This document shows, piece after piece, positions 40,501 to 50,700 of a stretch of 64,000 nucleotides of DNA. A program made the position numbers and the translations under genes. The notes beneath the pieces were generated by a model that saw only the letters and a list, made by a program, of their open reading frames with translations, was not told the origin of the DNA and did no database searches. The number at the start of each line of letters is the position of its first letter. Position 1 is the first letter of the stretch. The stretch comes from an uncultured Gammaproteobacteria bacterium (lineage in GTDB: Bacteria; Pseudomonadota; Gammaproteobacteria; Xanthomonadales; Xanthomonadaceae), in contig CAVQBQ010000005.1 of assembly GCA_963710825.1 (NCBI GenBank), forward strand, positions 769,504-833,503, written 5' to 3'.

Positions 40501-40835
40501 CTCCTGCTTCCATGTCCCGCTTCCATGTCCGAAGCGTCAGCTTGCGGAGTATTCGCTTTGATCGGCGTTAGCGCTTGCTCAATATCTTCCAAGCGCATGG
40601 CTTGGTGAGTGATGCGGATTGAGGGGGCTTCAGGGACGCACTCGCGTGCCTGGGCATCATGGGTTGCTGCGCCGCACAGCAAGCTTATGTGAAAAGCCAG
40701 CCCAGACCCGCAGCGGCCCCTGCTGATCACGAACGGACCAGGTGCACATCAGACATAAGGCATTGGCGTGCATGGCGGGTGCCGGCGGCCAGTCATGGTC
40801 CCCACTCAAACTGGCACAACCCCTCCAGGCACCAA

Positions 40836-40866
40836 AAACCCCGCGTCGATGGCGGGGTTTTCGTTC
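40836..40866. terminator. Bidirectional rho-independent terminator (stress cluster on + ; tRNA-Met on -)
   Basis: AAAAACCCCGCGTCGATGGCGGGGTTTTCGTT is a GC stem flanked by an A-tract and a T-tract. Confidence 0.7.
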
Positions 40867-40894
40867 GTAACATGCTGATTTGCATATAGAAATA

Positions 40895-40971
40895 TGGTGG
40901 CTATGGGTGGACTCGAACCACCGACCCCGGCATTATGAGTGCCGTGCTCTAACCAGCTGAGCTACATAGCC
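40895..40971 (-). tRNA. metT: tRNA-Met (CAT), elongator type
   Basis: Reverse complement GGCTATGTAGCTCAGCTGGTTAGAGCACGGCACTCATAATGCCGGGGTCGGTGGTTCGAGTCCACCCATAGCCACCA. Cloverleaf with CAU anticodon and encoded CCA. Near-identical to E. coli elongator tRNA-Met. Confidence 0.92.
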
Positions 40972-41485
40972 GAATTTTGTTTTCGAGGCTTTTGACAGCC
41001 TTGCGAGTGCTGTGCCCACACCCGCTGGGCGGCATGGCCACATGGCCACCGTGCCGCGTTGAACCTGCGGCTAACCCGCAATTGTCCATGCCACCGTGGA
41101 CCGCGTCAATGCTTTGGGGTGGGGCGATGTGATGGCCTGATCCGTCCGTCCACTATTTTCTGCCATGGGGTGGTCTCTGGCCAAATGCCTGCCTGTCCAA
41201 CGGGTGTAAGGCGGGTGACCTTGGCGTCGCGCTTGAGCCGAACTTGCTTAACTGAATTGGATCGCGGTTTGCAGGGATGCCCGGCCCCAACCGTCCCAAG
41301 GGACACGGGCCGGTTCGAGCCGCGTGGCAGCCCGGGTTGCATTCAGCCGGGTATCACTTCGGCAATGGGGCGGGGCACGCGAGCTATGGCGTCGCGACGG
41401 CGCGATGCCCAAATGCGGGCATTCGCGCTTGTCGTCGGGGTGCGGCCGTGGCAGAGTCGGACGCAGTGCATTTGGAGTCCGCATC

Positions 41486-42094
41486 GTGATCGATCCGGAC
41501 GGTTACCGACCCAACGTCGGTATCGTGTTGATACGCCCCGACGGCCAGGTCTTCTGGGCCCGGCGCGTGCGTCGCGACGGTTGGCAGTTCCCGCAGGGCG
41601 GGATGAACACCGACGAGACGCCGTTGGAGGCGATGTACCGCGAACTGCGGGAAGAAACCGGCCTGGCGCCGGAACACGTCTCCGTGCTTGGCGTGACCCC
41701 GGGCTGGCTGCGCTACCGCCTGCCGCAGCGGGCGATCCGGCGTCGCGACAAACTGGTGTGCATCGGCCAGAAGCAGGTCTGGTTCCTGTTGCAGTTCACC
41801 GGTGAAGAGGTTGACCTGCGCCTGGATCTCACCAGCAAGCCCGAGTTCGACCTGTGGCGCTGGGTGGACTTCTGGTATCCGATGCAGCACGTGGTCGCAT
41901 TCAAGCGCGGTGTCTACGTCAACGCGCTGCGTCACCTGGCACCATTTGCACGGCAGCTGGCCGGGCAGCAGGCCATCCCGTCACTCAGTGTCGAAAGCTG
42001 GTCACGCAAGCGGGGACACTCGAATGCCGGCAGGGATGGCAAGCAGGCGTTCGCGGGCAGGGGCAGGGATCGCCGCGAACCCGGACAGACCTGA
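41486..42094 (+). CDS. rppH: RNA pyrophosphohydrolase (Nudix)
   Basis: GTG start with RBS GGAG 9 nt upstream. [60 protein letters not shown] is collinear with E. coli RppH, including the Nudix box. The upstream ORF extension (41324-) is rejected. Confidence 0.88.
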   Translation: MIDPDGYRPNVGIVLIRPDGQVFWARRVRRDGWQFPQGGMNTDETPLEAMYRELREETGLAPEHVSVLGVTPGWLRYRLPQRAIRRRDKLVCIGQKQVWFLLQFTGEEVDLRLDLTSKPEFDLWRWVDFWYPMQHVVAFKRGVYVNALRHLAPFARQLAGQQAIPSLSVESWSRKRGHSNAGRDGKQAFAGRGRDRREPGQT

Positions 42095-42123
42095 GCCGGC
42101 AACCGGGCAAGGCCGACGCGGGT

Positions 42124-42711
42124 TTATCTTTGGGCTTGCCTGCGCTCGACCAGTTGGTATTGGCGACGATCCCCTTGGCGTTTGCCCTGTGCATCCACGT
42201 TGACGCATAGCCGTCCGTCCTCGCACAGCACGATGTCCGAGGCGTTGATGGCCGAGAGCAGGCGTGCCTCGACGTGGTGGCGGGCGACTTCATCGCGGCT
42301 ACTGTCCACCCATCGCCAGGTGCCACCTACAGCAAGCACAGAACCGACCAGTAGCGCCGTCACGGCTGCGGCGACAAGGGTCCTCTGCGACCTGGCCAGT
42401 AGCGCGCGCTGGTCCGTCATGGCATCGGCGGCACGATTGGCATTGTCTGCAGCGTGCTGCAAGCGTCCCTCGAACGTTGCGATGGCACTCCCCGCCCCGT
42501 GCGTGATGGCGTGTTGCGACTGCTCGCCGATGGCCTGCAGGACCTGTCGTGCAAAATCCCCAGCACCGGATTCCAGCCGATGGGCGCTTTGCGACAGCGT
42601 CTTGGTGCCGGCCTCCACCTCCTGCACGGCCTGCTCGCTCCGGGCATCGAGCCGGTCGGCGATCACAGCCAGCTTCAGCAGCAGTTGCTTGACTGCCTCG
42701 ATATCGTCCAT
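42124..42711 (-). CDS. Hypothetical membrane-anchored coiled-coil protein (195 aa)
   Basis: Single TM (LVAAAVTALLVGSVLAVGG) and no recognisable domain. Lies downstream of the DUF2235 gene. Confidence 0.4.
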   Translation of the reverse strand: MDDIEAVKQLLLKLAVIADRLDARSEQAVQEVEAGTKTLSQSAHRLESGAGDFARQVLQAIGEQSQHAITHGAGSAIATFEGRLQHAADNANRAADAMTDQRALLARSQRTLVAAAVTALLVGSVLAVGGTWRWVDSSRDEVARHHVEARLLSAINASDIVLCEDGRLCVNVDAQGKRQGDRRQYQLVERRQAQR

Positions 42712-42740
42712 GCCTGTCTCCGACGTCCAGTGTCGTGTGG

Positions 42741-44205
42741 TTACATCCGCATCGCGTGCGGCGTGGGTGCCTGCAATACCTGCGCCTGTTGCGCGGGGAG
42801 GGGTTGCTCTGCGGCCTGCTGGTCACGAAGTTGCAGCGCGCGCCCAAGCGACTGGCTTTCGGATTGCCATGCCTGCCCAGCTTGTGAGCCGAGGAAGCCT
42901 TGCGAGACGGCGTGCGACTCACGTTTCCAGTTGGCGTCGCTACCGTCCTGCGAAGCTTTGAAAAGCCGGTCGATCATGCCGTCCGTGTCACTACCGGGTT
43001 TTGGTTGGAATGGCGTGTTCATCGACTGGGTGACATCAAGTCCAGGCCGTCTCTCCTGAACGGGTAGCGGCCCAATCGGGACGCCGCGGCGCTCCAGCGT
43101 CGCCTCCAAAGCGGGATCGATGGGGTCTTTGTGCCAGCAGTCCTGACTGGGATCACGACGGCACAATGCGCGTGTCACCAGGATCGTGTCGTGGTTGCGC
43201 ACGCCGTCGCGGAAGCCGAACGTGGTGAAGAGGCCATGCATGTGCTGATCCGAGCGGTGCACCACGCTCAGTTCCGGATCCGCTGGGATCGCGCGTTTGA
43301 CGAGGAAGGGCTGGTCGCTCAGGGCATTGAGGTAATCGATGCCCAGGTTATGGCTGCGGATGCCCAGTCCGTTGAGCAGATAGGAATCCCCGATGTCGCT
43401 GTGGGAGCCGCCCACCATGATGTTGAGGAATCTGCCCTGTTCGCTGAAGCCGAATACGAGGACATCACTGGCGGGAAACAGGTCGCGACGTTCGTCTTCG
43501 GCGGTGATCTGCAATGCCGATACAACCGACGATGGCAACCGGCGATCTTCCTCGGCGACGCCAGTATCGACAGGATCGAACAGCACCACCGCTTGCACCG
43601 TTTTTCCTGGTGGGACCAGGGCCGGTTTGGCGTACTCGATATGCGTAATCAGATTGTCTTTGTCGCGAGTGAACCTGGCGTCATGTCGGATCCTGGATGC
43701 CACGCTCGTCGATCATGCGAAGCAAGGAAGCGACTTCTTCGGAACCACGACTGAAGCCTACGCCAGCAATCCGGATCTGGGCCTGCGGGTCCTCTTTCAA
43801 CCATTCGTACGATTGCTTGCAGAACCCGTAGTACGCCGTTTCAACGCGTGCTTCAAACGTATAGCCGGTAAGCCCATCCAGAGTGCGTTTGATCGGGTTG
43901 GCCTGGGTGAAGGTGCCCTCGACGTAGCCGCCGCGGATGCGTTTGTTGCCTTGGTCTTCCAAAGCGCGGACTTGTGAGTAAATCTTTGCGACGACACTCC
44001 AGTTTTCTGGCGCGTCCTTGAACATGCTGTTACCCGTTCCGTCCAGTCCTGAAATATACAAGCGCTGGTGAGGGTCGTCGGCATGTATGAGGACCGGTGT
44101 TTGCAGCTTTTCTAGCGCGCTTTCAGCTTGTTGATAACTTTCCAAGTCATGCGGATCGGCACGATCAACATCGACGCCGTCCACGCCTGTCTTTTTCTTC
44201 CCCAT
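42741..44205 (-). pseudogene. DUF2235 alpha/beta-hydrolase (Tle1-like T6SS lipase effector family) split by a frameshift near 43681-43703
   Basis: ORF 43681-44205 carries the N-terminal motifs ISGLDGTGN and GVGFSRGS (GxSxG-like nucleophile elbow). ORF 42741-43703 in another frame continues the same domain with GGSHSDIGD (catalytic His/Asp motif). Together ~490 aa. Confidence 0.6.
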
Positions 44206-44220
44206 CTTTAGCTTCCCTGC

Positions 44221-44895
44221 TTAGTAGGTGCGACTGAAAATTTTGATCAGGTCATTTCGTGAGTAGCTATATTTATTACCCGGAATTTGAGCGGTTTTCA
44301 TGGGGATCCACGCCCGCATATAGACATTGATTGTCGAGTCATTGACTTCAAGAATGATGCCGGGTGGAGGGATGCTCGCGGTCTCGGATATCTGTGCTCG
44401 CAAAGCGTGGTGACGAATCAACTTGTCCTTGAATATCTCCGCGATATCGATTTCGGCATGGTGTGGGGTGCCATCTTTCGAGCGCCAGTCGACTTGGGCT
44501 GGTGCCGGGAAATTCGGTATCGGTCCCCACCCCGCTGTCATGTTGTCGGGGTAGTCAGAGCCAAGCGACTCGGAAGAGCTTTGGAGTTCGTCGTCCGGTT
44601 CATCGATTCGGTAATTTCCATACCGCACCTTGCAGCCATAGGTGCTGTAAGTGGAAACATCGAAATCATGTGCCGTAAACCACAACGGCCAATCCGCCAC
44701 CGTGCCGGTGTAGGGCCCATGCCCAGGAGGCGGCGTCATGTTCGACGACGGGTGCGCTGGCTGGATGTCGGGGTCGGGAGCTGTAGTGGTCATGGCCGGG
44801 TAGCATCCTGTCATGGCGAGTGAGAGCAACAAGGCGGGCGCCAGGCGGGTGCGGGGCCCCAGGCTGGTGGGTAGCCTGCTTGGTCGTGTTGTCAT
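44221..44895 (-). CDS. Lipoprotein of unknown function, candidate partner (immunity?) of the DUF2235 protein
   Basis: Start at the ATG at 44895. Signal peptide plus lipobox LSLAMTGC. Sits 16 nt upstream of the DUF2235 gene. Confidence 0.5.
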   Translation of the reverse strand: MTTRPSRLPTSLGPRTRLAPALLLSLAMTGCYPAMTTTAPDPDIQPAHPSSNMTPPPGHGPYTGTVADWPLWFTAHDFDVSTYSTYGCKVRYGNYRIDEPDDELQSSSESLGSDYPDNMTAGWGPIPNFPAPAQVDWRSKDGTPHHAEIDIAEIFKDKLIRHHALRAQISETASIPPPGIILEVNDSTINVYMRAWIPMKTAQIPGNKYSYSRNDLIKIFSRTY

Positions 44896-45125
44896 GGGGC
44901 ATTCCTTTGCCGGCCGATCAGTCTGGAGTCTAGGGTTTGCGGTTGCCGGTCTGCAACTGGCGGGCAGCGGGGTTGGCATGCGCCAGGGCGCGTCGCTGCT
45001 TTGACGGGCAAAGAAATAGCGTCAAGACACGTATCCCGCACCGTTTTGCGCCAATCACGTGTTGGAGTCGTGAAGGCGGTCGGATGAATGGGTGGGACTG
45101 ATGCTTGCTGGATTCGCTGCTGGGA

Positions 45126-45166
45126 TTGACAATCATTCTCATCCAAGGCGAGAATGATTCCCAACT
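45126..45166 (+). promoter_or_regulatory. Fur box(es) upstream of bfd
   Basis: GATTGACAATCATTCTCATC matches 15 of 19 positions of GATAATGATAATCATTATC. There is a 10-bp inverted repeat AATCATTCTC / GAGAATGATT. Confidence 0.6.
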
Positions 45167-45200
45167 GGAATCAATGCCGCCAACCCGGAGCCTGAAGCCC

Positions 45201-45416
45201 ATGTATGTCTGCATCTGCAACGGTGTCACCGAGCAGGAGATCCGCGAGGTCTCGGCTGCGGGTTGCCGCAGTGTCGCGGAGCTGACCATGCGGACAGGTT
45301 GCGGTGCCAGTTGTGGTTGCTGCCTGGAGACGGCGGCTGCGCTGCTCGAAGAGCTTCGCGCCCCGGATGAGGCGATGGAGTCAGCGGGCCTGCAGGTGCT
45401 GACCCACGCCGCCTGA
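45201..45416 (+). CDS. bfd: Bacterioferritin-associated ferredoxin ([2Fe-2S])
   Basis: MYVCICNGVTEQEIREVSAAGCRSVAELTMRTGCGASCGCC is the canonical Bfd with four Cys. Confidence 0.85.
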   Translation: MYVCICNGVTEQEIREVSAAGCRSVAELTMRTGCGASCGCCLETAAALLEELRAPDEAMESAGLQVLTHAA

Positions 45417-45614
45417 TTCAAGGCTGCGCGTCTGGCCTGTGCTGCTTGCTGGTGGCTGCGTGCCCACGGTTGCTGCTGTCGATGACGCCAATGCCTGCCG
45501 CTGCAATCCCGCGAATGCATTCGATTCGCGTTTTGTCATTGCACGCGCGTCGGCGTTAGCATCCATGGATCGATTGCATGACTCCGGCTTGGAGTACCCC
45601 CAGAGGAGCAGGAC

Positions 45615-46085
45615 ATGAAAGGCGACGCCAAGGTCATCGAGCACCTCAACAAAGCGTTGTACAACGAGCTGGTTGCGATCAACCAGTACTTCCTGCACGC
45701 CAAGATGCTGAAGAACTGGGGCCTCAAGGAACTGGCCCAGCACGAGTACCACGAGTCGATCGACGAGATGAAGCACGCGGACAAGTTGTCCGAGCGCATC
45801 CTGTTCCTGGAAGGGCTGCCCAATTTCCAGAACCTGGGCAAGCTGCGGATCGGCGAAGGTCCGGTCGAAGTGCTCAAGGCTGACCTGGCGCTGGAGCTGG
45901 ATGCGTTGCCGACGCTGAAAGAGGCGATCGCGCATTGCGAGCAGGTCGCTGACTACGCCAGTCGCGAGCTGTTCGTCGAGATCCTTGCCTCCGAGGAAGA
46001 ACACATCGACTGGATCGAAACCCAGCTCGACCTGATCGACCGCCTGGGCGAGAAAAACTACCTGTTGACCCGCACCGACGGCTGA
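45615..46085 (+). CDS. bfr: Bacterioferritin
   Basis: 156 aa. [36 protein letters not shown]... with ferroxidase-centre residues and the Met52 haem ligand. Confidence 0.92.
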   Translation: MKGDAKVIEHLNKALYNELVAINQYFLHAKMLKNWGLKELAQHEYHESIDEMKHADKLSERILFLEGLPNFQNLGKLRIGEGPVEVLKADLALELDALPTLKEAIAHCEQVADYASRELFVEILASEEEHIDWIETQLDLIDRLGEKNYLLTRTDG

Positions 46086-46116
46086 TTGCACGGCGCACGC
46101 GCCGACGATATCCGGC

Positions 46117-48702
46117 TCACGGGCCGCCGCCGCGTACACCCTGAGCGTGCGTCCCGGGCTGCGAGTCGGCCAGTGCGCCGCGGGAACTGCTGGCGCCCAG
46201 CGCCTGCCGGACCCGATTGAACTCCATCGCCAGCAACGCAACCGCCACGGCGGGGCGGTCCAGCGTCTTCATCCGTGCGCCCAGCTCAATGCGCTGGGCG
46301 GCATGGGAAAGTGTCATCGCACCCAGGTTGGCGCTCGAGGACTTCAGCGAGTGCGCGATTTCGCGCATGGCATCAAAGTCCGGCGTGACGGCAGCACTTT
46401 CGAGCTTTCCGATCAGCGGTGGCGTGGTGTCCAGGAACATGCGCACCAACTGGTCGACATCCTCGCTGCCCAGCACGTCACGTAGCTCGCCCAGCACTGC
46501 GTGGTCGATGGGCGAGTTGTCGTTCGAGGATCTGTCATCCTGACTGGCGTTGTTCGACATAGGGGGCGCCTGCGGTGCCTGCCAGCCGCCTGGCGGCCGC
46601 GTGAATGGATGTGCGTCCGTGGGCGCCGTGCTTGCGGACGCTGCAGCCGAAGTGATCGGACGCGGAGTCGGCGTGGGTGCATCCCCGGCAAGCATATCCC
46701 CATCGGCCGCCGCCGGCAGTGTCATCGAAGGCGCCGGGGGCATTGCGGGTGGCGCCTGGTCTTGTGGGAATGGACGTGTGGAGGGCTGCGCGGACGCGTC
46801 TGTCCGCGGGCGCCACCAGCGATGCACGCAGCGTTCCAGCTCGACCCGCGTGACTGGCTTTGGCAGGTAGTCGTCCATGCCGGCATCCAGGCATTTCTGG
46901 CGGTCGCCTGCCATGGCGTTGGCGGTCATGGCGATGATCGGCAAATGGCGGCCGTCCTGGGCCTGGTGCTCGCCCTCGCGCCAGCGCCGGGTTGCCGAGT
47001 AGCCATCCATGACGGGCATCTGGCAATCCATCAGCACCATGTCGTAGCGTGAGGCCTGCATCCGCAGCAGGGCGGCTTCGCCATTGTTGGCCGTGTCGCA
47101 GTCGACCCCAAGCACGTTGAGCAGGCGCTGGCCGACCATCAGGTTGACCGGGTTGTCCTCGACCAGCAGGATCTTGGCCTTGGAGAGCGGTTGCCCCCCC
47201 GTCGCCGGCTCGCTGGTCGCGGCCTCCATCGCGTGTTGTTCGCCGATGTCCTGGCGTGGGGTTTGTTTGCTGGCGAGGGCCGCACGCAGGTCCGAATCCG
47301 GTGTTTGGCGGTTGAGCACGGTTGCATTGCGCTGCAACTCATCGGGTGCCGGCTCGTCACCCTGCAGGCAGATGAGGCGTACGTCGCCGTACACGGCATG
47401 CCGTTCCAGGTTGCGATGCAGGGCCAGCGCGGTGTTGCGCATCCCGGTCAGGTCGGCCAGCACGATGTCGTAGGTCCACGGCGCCCCTTGTGCCGCGGCG
47501 GAGCGCAACCGGTCGAGTGCTTCCTGGGTGGTTTCCACCGTGGTCACGCGCAGGCCCCAGTTGGGTAGCAGCATGGACAGGCGCAGGCGCAGGCGCTCAT
47601 CGGTGCTGAGCAGCAGCAGGCGGCCGCCGTCGATCTGCGATTCGCGTGTGGGCAGGTCGCCTTGGACCTTGGACAGCGGCACCTCGAAATGGAAGGTCGC
47701 GCCGCGTCCGGTTTCGGATTCGACGCCGATGTGTCCGCCCATGAGCTCGATGATCCGGCGGCAGATCGCCAGGCCCAGGCCGGTGCCGCCGTAGAGCCGC
47801 GTGGTCGAGGCGTCGGCCTGGCTGAAGGCCTGGAACAGCCTGTCCTGGGCCTCCAGCGGGATGCCGATGCCGGTGTCGCGCACCTCGAACCGCAACCGGT
47901 GCTGCGCGTTGGTTTCGCCCAGTCGGCTGACCCGGACCGTGATCGAGCCGCGGTCGGTGAATTTGATGGCGTTGCCGACCAGGTTGCTGAGTACCTGGCG
48001 CAGGCGCACCGGGTCGCCACGCACCGGCAGCCGCACGCTCGGTTCGATGTGCAGGTGCAGGCGCAACCCCTTGGACTCCGCCGAGCGCTGCATGAGGTTG
48101 ATGGTTGTTTCCAGCAGGTCGCGCAGGTTGAAGGTGATCGACTCCAGCTCGAGCTTGTCGACCTCGAGCTTGGAGTAATCCAGGATGTCGTCGACGATCC
48201 GCAACAATTGTTGCGAGGAGTTGTACGCGGTGCGTGCCAGTTCGCGCTGGTCGGCGGTCAGTGGTGCGTGTACCAGCAGGTCGAGCATCGGCACGATGCC
48301 GTTGAGCGGGGTCCGGATCTCATGGCTCATCGTGGCCAGGAACTCGCCCTTGGCCATCACTGCCGATTCGGCCACCTGCTTGGCTTGCAGCAACTGTCGT
48401 TCGAGCTGGGTATGACGGTCGATCTCGCGTTGCAGTTCGCCGATTTCCGTCTCGCCACGCTCGGCGCGCGCAGCGGCGTCCTGCAGCTCGCGGTCGCGAC
48501 GCCGACCCGAGTAGAGGTAGGCGCTGATCGCGAACATCGTCAACAGGATCAGCAGCAGTGCGACACCCTGCCAAGGGCCGGAGGGCCCGAAACGTTCCAG
48601 CGCCAGAGCCAGTGCCGCACCCGCCGCCGCGCCGAGTGCAAGCCAGCGCATCATCGGCGCGGTTGCGGCTGGAGCAGGAGCAGCAGGCGCGGGCAGGCTC
48701 AT
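46117..48702 (-). CDS. Hybrid sensor histidine kinase / response regulator with C-terminal Hpt domain
   Basis: Start at the ATG at 48702 (MSLPAPAAP...). TM helices, HisKA (MSHEIRTPLNG), HATPase, a degenerate internal receiver, a second REC (ILLVEDNPVNLMV...MDCQMPVMDGY), a Pro/Ala-rich linker and Hpt (HSLKSSSANLG). Confidence 0.85.
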   Translation of the reverse strand: MSLPAPAAPAPAATAPMMRWLALGAAAGAALALALERFGPSGPWQGVALLLILLTMFAISAYLYSGRRRDRELQDAAARAERGETEIGELQREIDRHTQLERQLLQAKQVAESAVMAKGEFLATMSHEIRTPLNGIVPMLDLLVHAPLTADQRELARTAYNSSQQLLRIVDDILDYSKLEVDKLELESITFNLRDLLETTINLMQRSAESKGLRLHLHIEPSVRLPVRGDPVRLRQVLSNLVGNAIKFTDRGSITVRVSRLGETNAQHRLRFEVRDTGIGIPLEAQDRLFQAFSQADASTTRLYGGTGLGLAICRRIIELMGGHIGVESETGRGATFHFEVPLSKVQGDLPTRESQIDGGRLLLLSTDERLRLRLSMLLPNWGLRVTTVETTQEALDRLRSAAAQGAPWTYDIVLADLTGMRNTALALHRNLERHAVYGDVRLICLQGDEPAPDELQRNATVLNRQTPDSDLRAALASKQTPRQDIGEQHAMEAATSEPATGGQPLSKAKILLVEDNPVNLMVGQRLLNVLGVDCDTANNGEAALLRMQASRYDMVLMDCQMPVMDGYSATRRWREGEHQAQDGRHLPIIAMTANAMAGDRQKCLDAGMDDYLPKPVTRVELERCVHRWWRPRTDASAQPSTRPFPQDQAPPAMPPAPSMTLPAAADGDMLAGDAPTPTPRPITSAAASASTAPTDAHPFTRPPGGWQAPQAPPMSNNASQDDRSSNDNSPIDHAVLGELRDVLGSEDVDQLVRMFLDTTPPLIGKLESAAVTPDFDAMREIAHSLKSSSANLGAMTLSHAAQRIELGARMKTLDRPAVAVALLAMEFNRVRQALGASSSRGALADSQPGTHAQGVRGGGP

Positions 48703-48704
48703 GG

Positions 48705-50579
48705 TTACAGCACCGAGTGTTGGAAATCGAAGTCGATTTCGTCGCTGGCCTGCTGCACCAGGTTGCCCTGGATGTAGTCGATGCCACTCATCCACAGCGT
48801 CGCGGCACCCTGCGGATCCTCGACCTGCGGGCCGATGACCTGCAGCCCGAGCCCATGCGCGCGGTCGATTGCTATGCGCAGATGGTCGCGCAGGGCCGAG
48901 TCCGAGTGCGCGTTGGAGTAGCGTGCTGCCAGCCGCATGTAACCCAGTGGCAGCTGCGACAGCAACGCGTCGGCTTCTTCGCCATGTGCGTACTGGCTCA
49001 GGCAGAACTGTACGCCGGCCGGCATCAGCGCCTCGCAGAACTGGCGCAGCGCGACGGTATGCACCAGCGCATCCTCCAGGCGCAGGTCAATGACCAGCGT
49101 GGGCCCGTCGATGGCGTGCTTGTCGAGCAATGCCAGCAGCCAGCCGGCATGTGTGTCGTGCGCCAGGGTGAGTGGTGATTGCGACACGAACAAGCGCACC
49201 GGTTGCTGTTGGTCATTGCGCCTGCGCAGCAGGTCCACGGCCTGTTCCAGCACCCAGCGGTCGATATCCGGTATCAGTCCGGCGGCCTCGGCTGCGGGGA
49301 TCAGCTCAGCGGCCTTGTGGACGCTGCCATCGGCATTGCGCATGCGCAGCAGGGCCTGGAACTGGGCCTCGTTGCCGCCGGCGACTGCCACGATGGGCTG
49401 GAACTGCAGTTCGAACGCGCCGTCGACCAGCCCCGCCCGCATCGCCTCGACCAGGTCGCTGTTGGCATCGGTGCGCTCAGGTGGCGCGTAAGGCGCCAGC
49501 CCGATGCTTTCACCGCGCGCCGCACGGGCGGCTTGCTCCACGGCGTCCACCGCTGCTCCGGCATCGGCGAATCCGTGCTCCAGGGTGCTGTACCCCACCA
49601 CCATGCGCAGCTTCAGCGGGACGCCCGCCATGTCGAACGCATCCTGGCCAATGCCGTCACGCAGCGTGCGGGCGAGCTGCTCCAGGGCGGGCCCGCCTGA
49701 CGGCACGAAGACGACGAAGGCGCTGTCCTTGAGCCGGGTGCTGGGGCAGGCACCGAGCAACCCATCCAGGCGGTGGGCGATCTCGACGGCCAGCTGCTCA
49801 AAACCCGCGTAACCATAGCGGTCGTGCAGCGCGCCGGCATTCTGGATTTCCAGGAACAACAGGCCCTGGCCGCTGCCGCCCGTGAGCGCGGCAGAAATGC
49901 GCTGCATCAGGTACTCGCGCTTGAACAGCCCAGTCGTTGGATGTCGCGCGTTGTCGCCAAAGCGTTGCTGTTGCAAGGCCCGTGCGCGCTGGAGCCGGCT
50001 TTGCACCGCCGCGATCAGGTGGCGCGGGCGGATGGGTTTGCTCAGGAAGTCGTCGGCGCCGCACGCGAGCACTTCGTATTGGCGCTCGGGGTCGGGGTCA
50101 CCGGTCAGGAACACGATCGGGGTGTGCGCAAACGTGGCGTGCTCACGGATCTGCGCGGTCAGCTCCGTGCCGCTCAGCCCCGGCATGTGCAGGTCCATCA
50201 GTACCAGGTCCGGTCGAAACTGCTCCATCGCCGGCATGACATCGTCGGACGTCGCCGCGACCTGGGCCTGGATGCCGGCGCCGCGCAAGACACCAGCGGC
50301 GAACAGGGCCTGGGTGGTGTCGTCTTCGACCACCAGCACGCGGTACGGGGCGTCGCCCGAGCCGTCGGCCAGGGGCTTGTCATCGGAAGATTCCCTGGCC
50401 GCGTCACTGCCAGCACCAGCGGCGGCACTGTCATCAGGCGACACGTCCACGGTGGCGATCGCCGCTGTCGCATCACTGCTCCAGCGGCGCCAGTACCGCG
50501 GGGGCGGCGTTTCAGCGCGCCCGGGCATGTCGACGCGGATGGTGTGACCGGTGGCTTGGCTGGTTGGATGGGTATTCAT
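48705..50579 (-). CDS. Response regulator with REC - degenerate GGDEF - EAL domains (c-di-GMP phosphodiesterase-type)
   Basis: REC (VLVVEDDTTQALF...DLVLMDLHMPGLSG). The middle domain lacks an intact GGDEF motif. The EAL domain has ELQFQPIV. Its stop lies 2 nt from the hybrid kinase start. Alternative starts are at 50600 and 50627. Confidence 0.75.
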   Translation of the reverse strand: MNTHPTSQATGHTIRVDMPGRAETPPPRYWRRWSSDATAAIATVDVSPDDSAAAGAGSDAARESSDDKPLADGSGDAPYRVLVVEDDTTQALFAAGVLRGAGIQAQVAATSDDVMPAMEQFRPDLVLMDLHMPGLSGTELTAQIREHATFAHTPIVFLTGDPDPERQYEVLACGADDFLSKPIRPRHLIAAVQSRLQRARALQQQRFGDNARHPTTGLFKREYLMQRISAALTGGSGQGLLFLEIQNAGALHDRYGYAGFEQLAVEIAHRLDGLLGACPSTRLKDSAFVVFVPSGGPALEQLARTLRDGIGQDAFDMAGVPLKLRMVVGYSTLEHGFADAGAAVDAVEQAARAARGESIGLAPYAPPERTDANSDLVEAMRAGLVDGAFELQFQPIVAVAGGNEAQFQALLRMRNADGSVHKAAELIPAAEAAGLIPDIDRWVLEQAVDLLRRRNDQQQPVRLFVSQSPLTLAHDTHAGWLLALLDKHAIDGPTLVIDLRLEDALVHTVALRQFCEALMPAGVQFCLSQYAHGEEADALLSQLPLGYMRLAARYSNAHSDSALRDHLRIAIDRAHGLGLQVIGPQVEDPQGAATLWMSGIDYIQGNLVQQASDEIDFDFQHSVL

Positions 50580-50700
50580 GACGCTCCTCGTAGGAGCCAT
50601 ACGATGAAAGCCCCTCCTGCGATGCATTGAAACGATTTGGTTGTCCTGACCCGGCCAAGCAGGTCAATCGACAGGATGCACGCCGTGGGCACGTGCGTGG

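Noticed and set aside
41324-41485. ATG-initiated N-terminal extension of rppH
   Set aside because: Orthologous RppH proteins begin at (M/V)[13 protein letters not shown]. The GTG at 41486 has a proper GGAG Shine-Dalgarno, and the extension is non-conserved.
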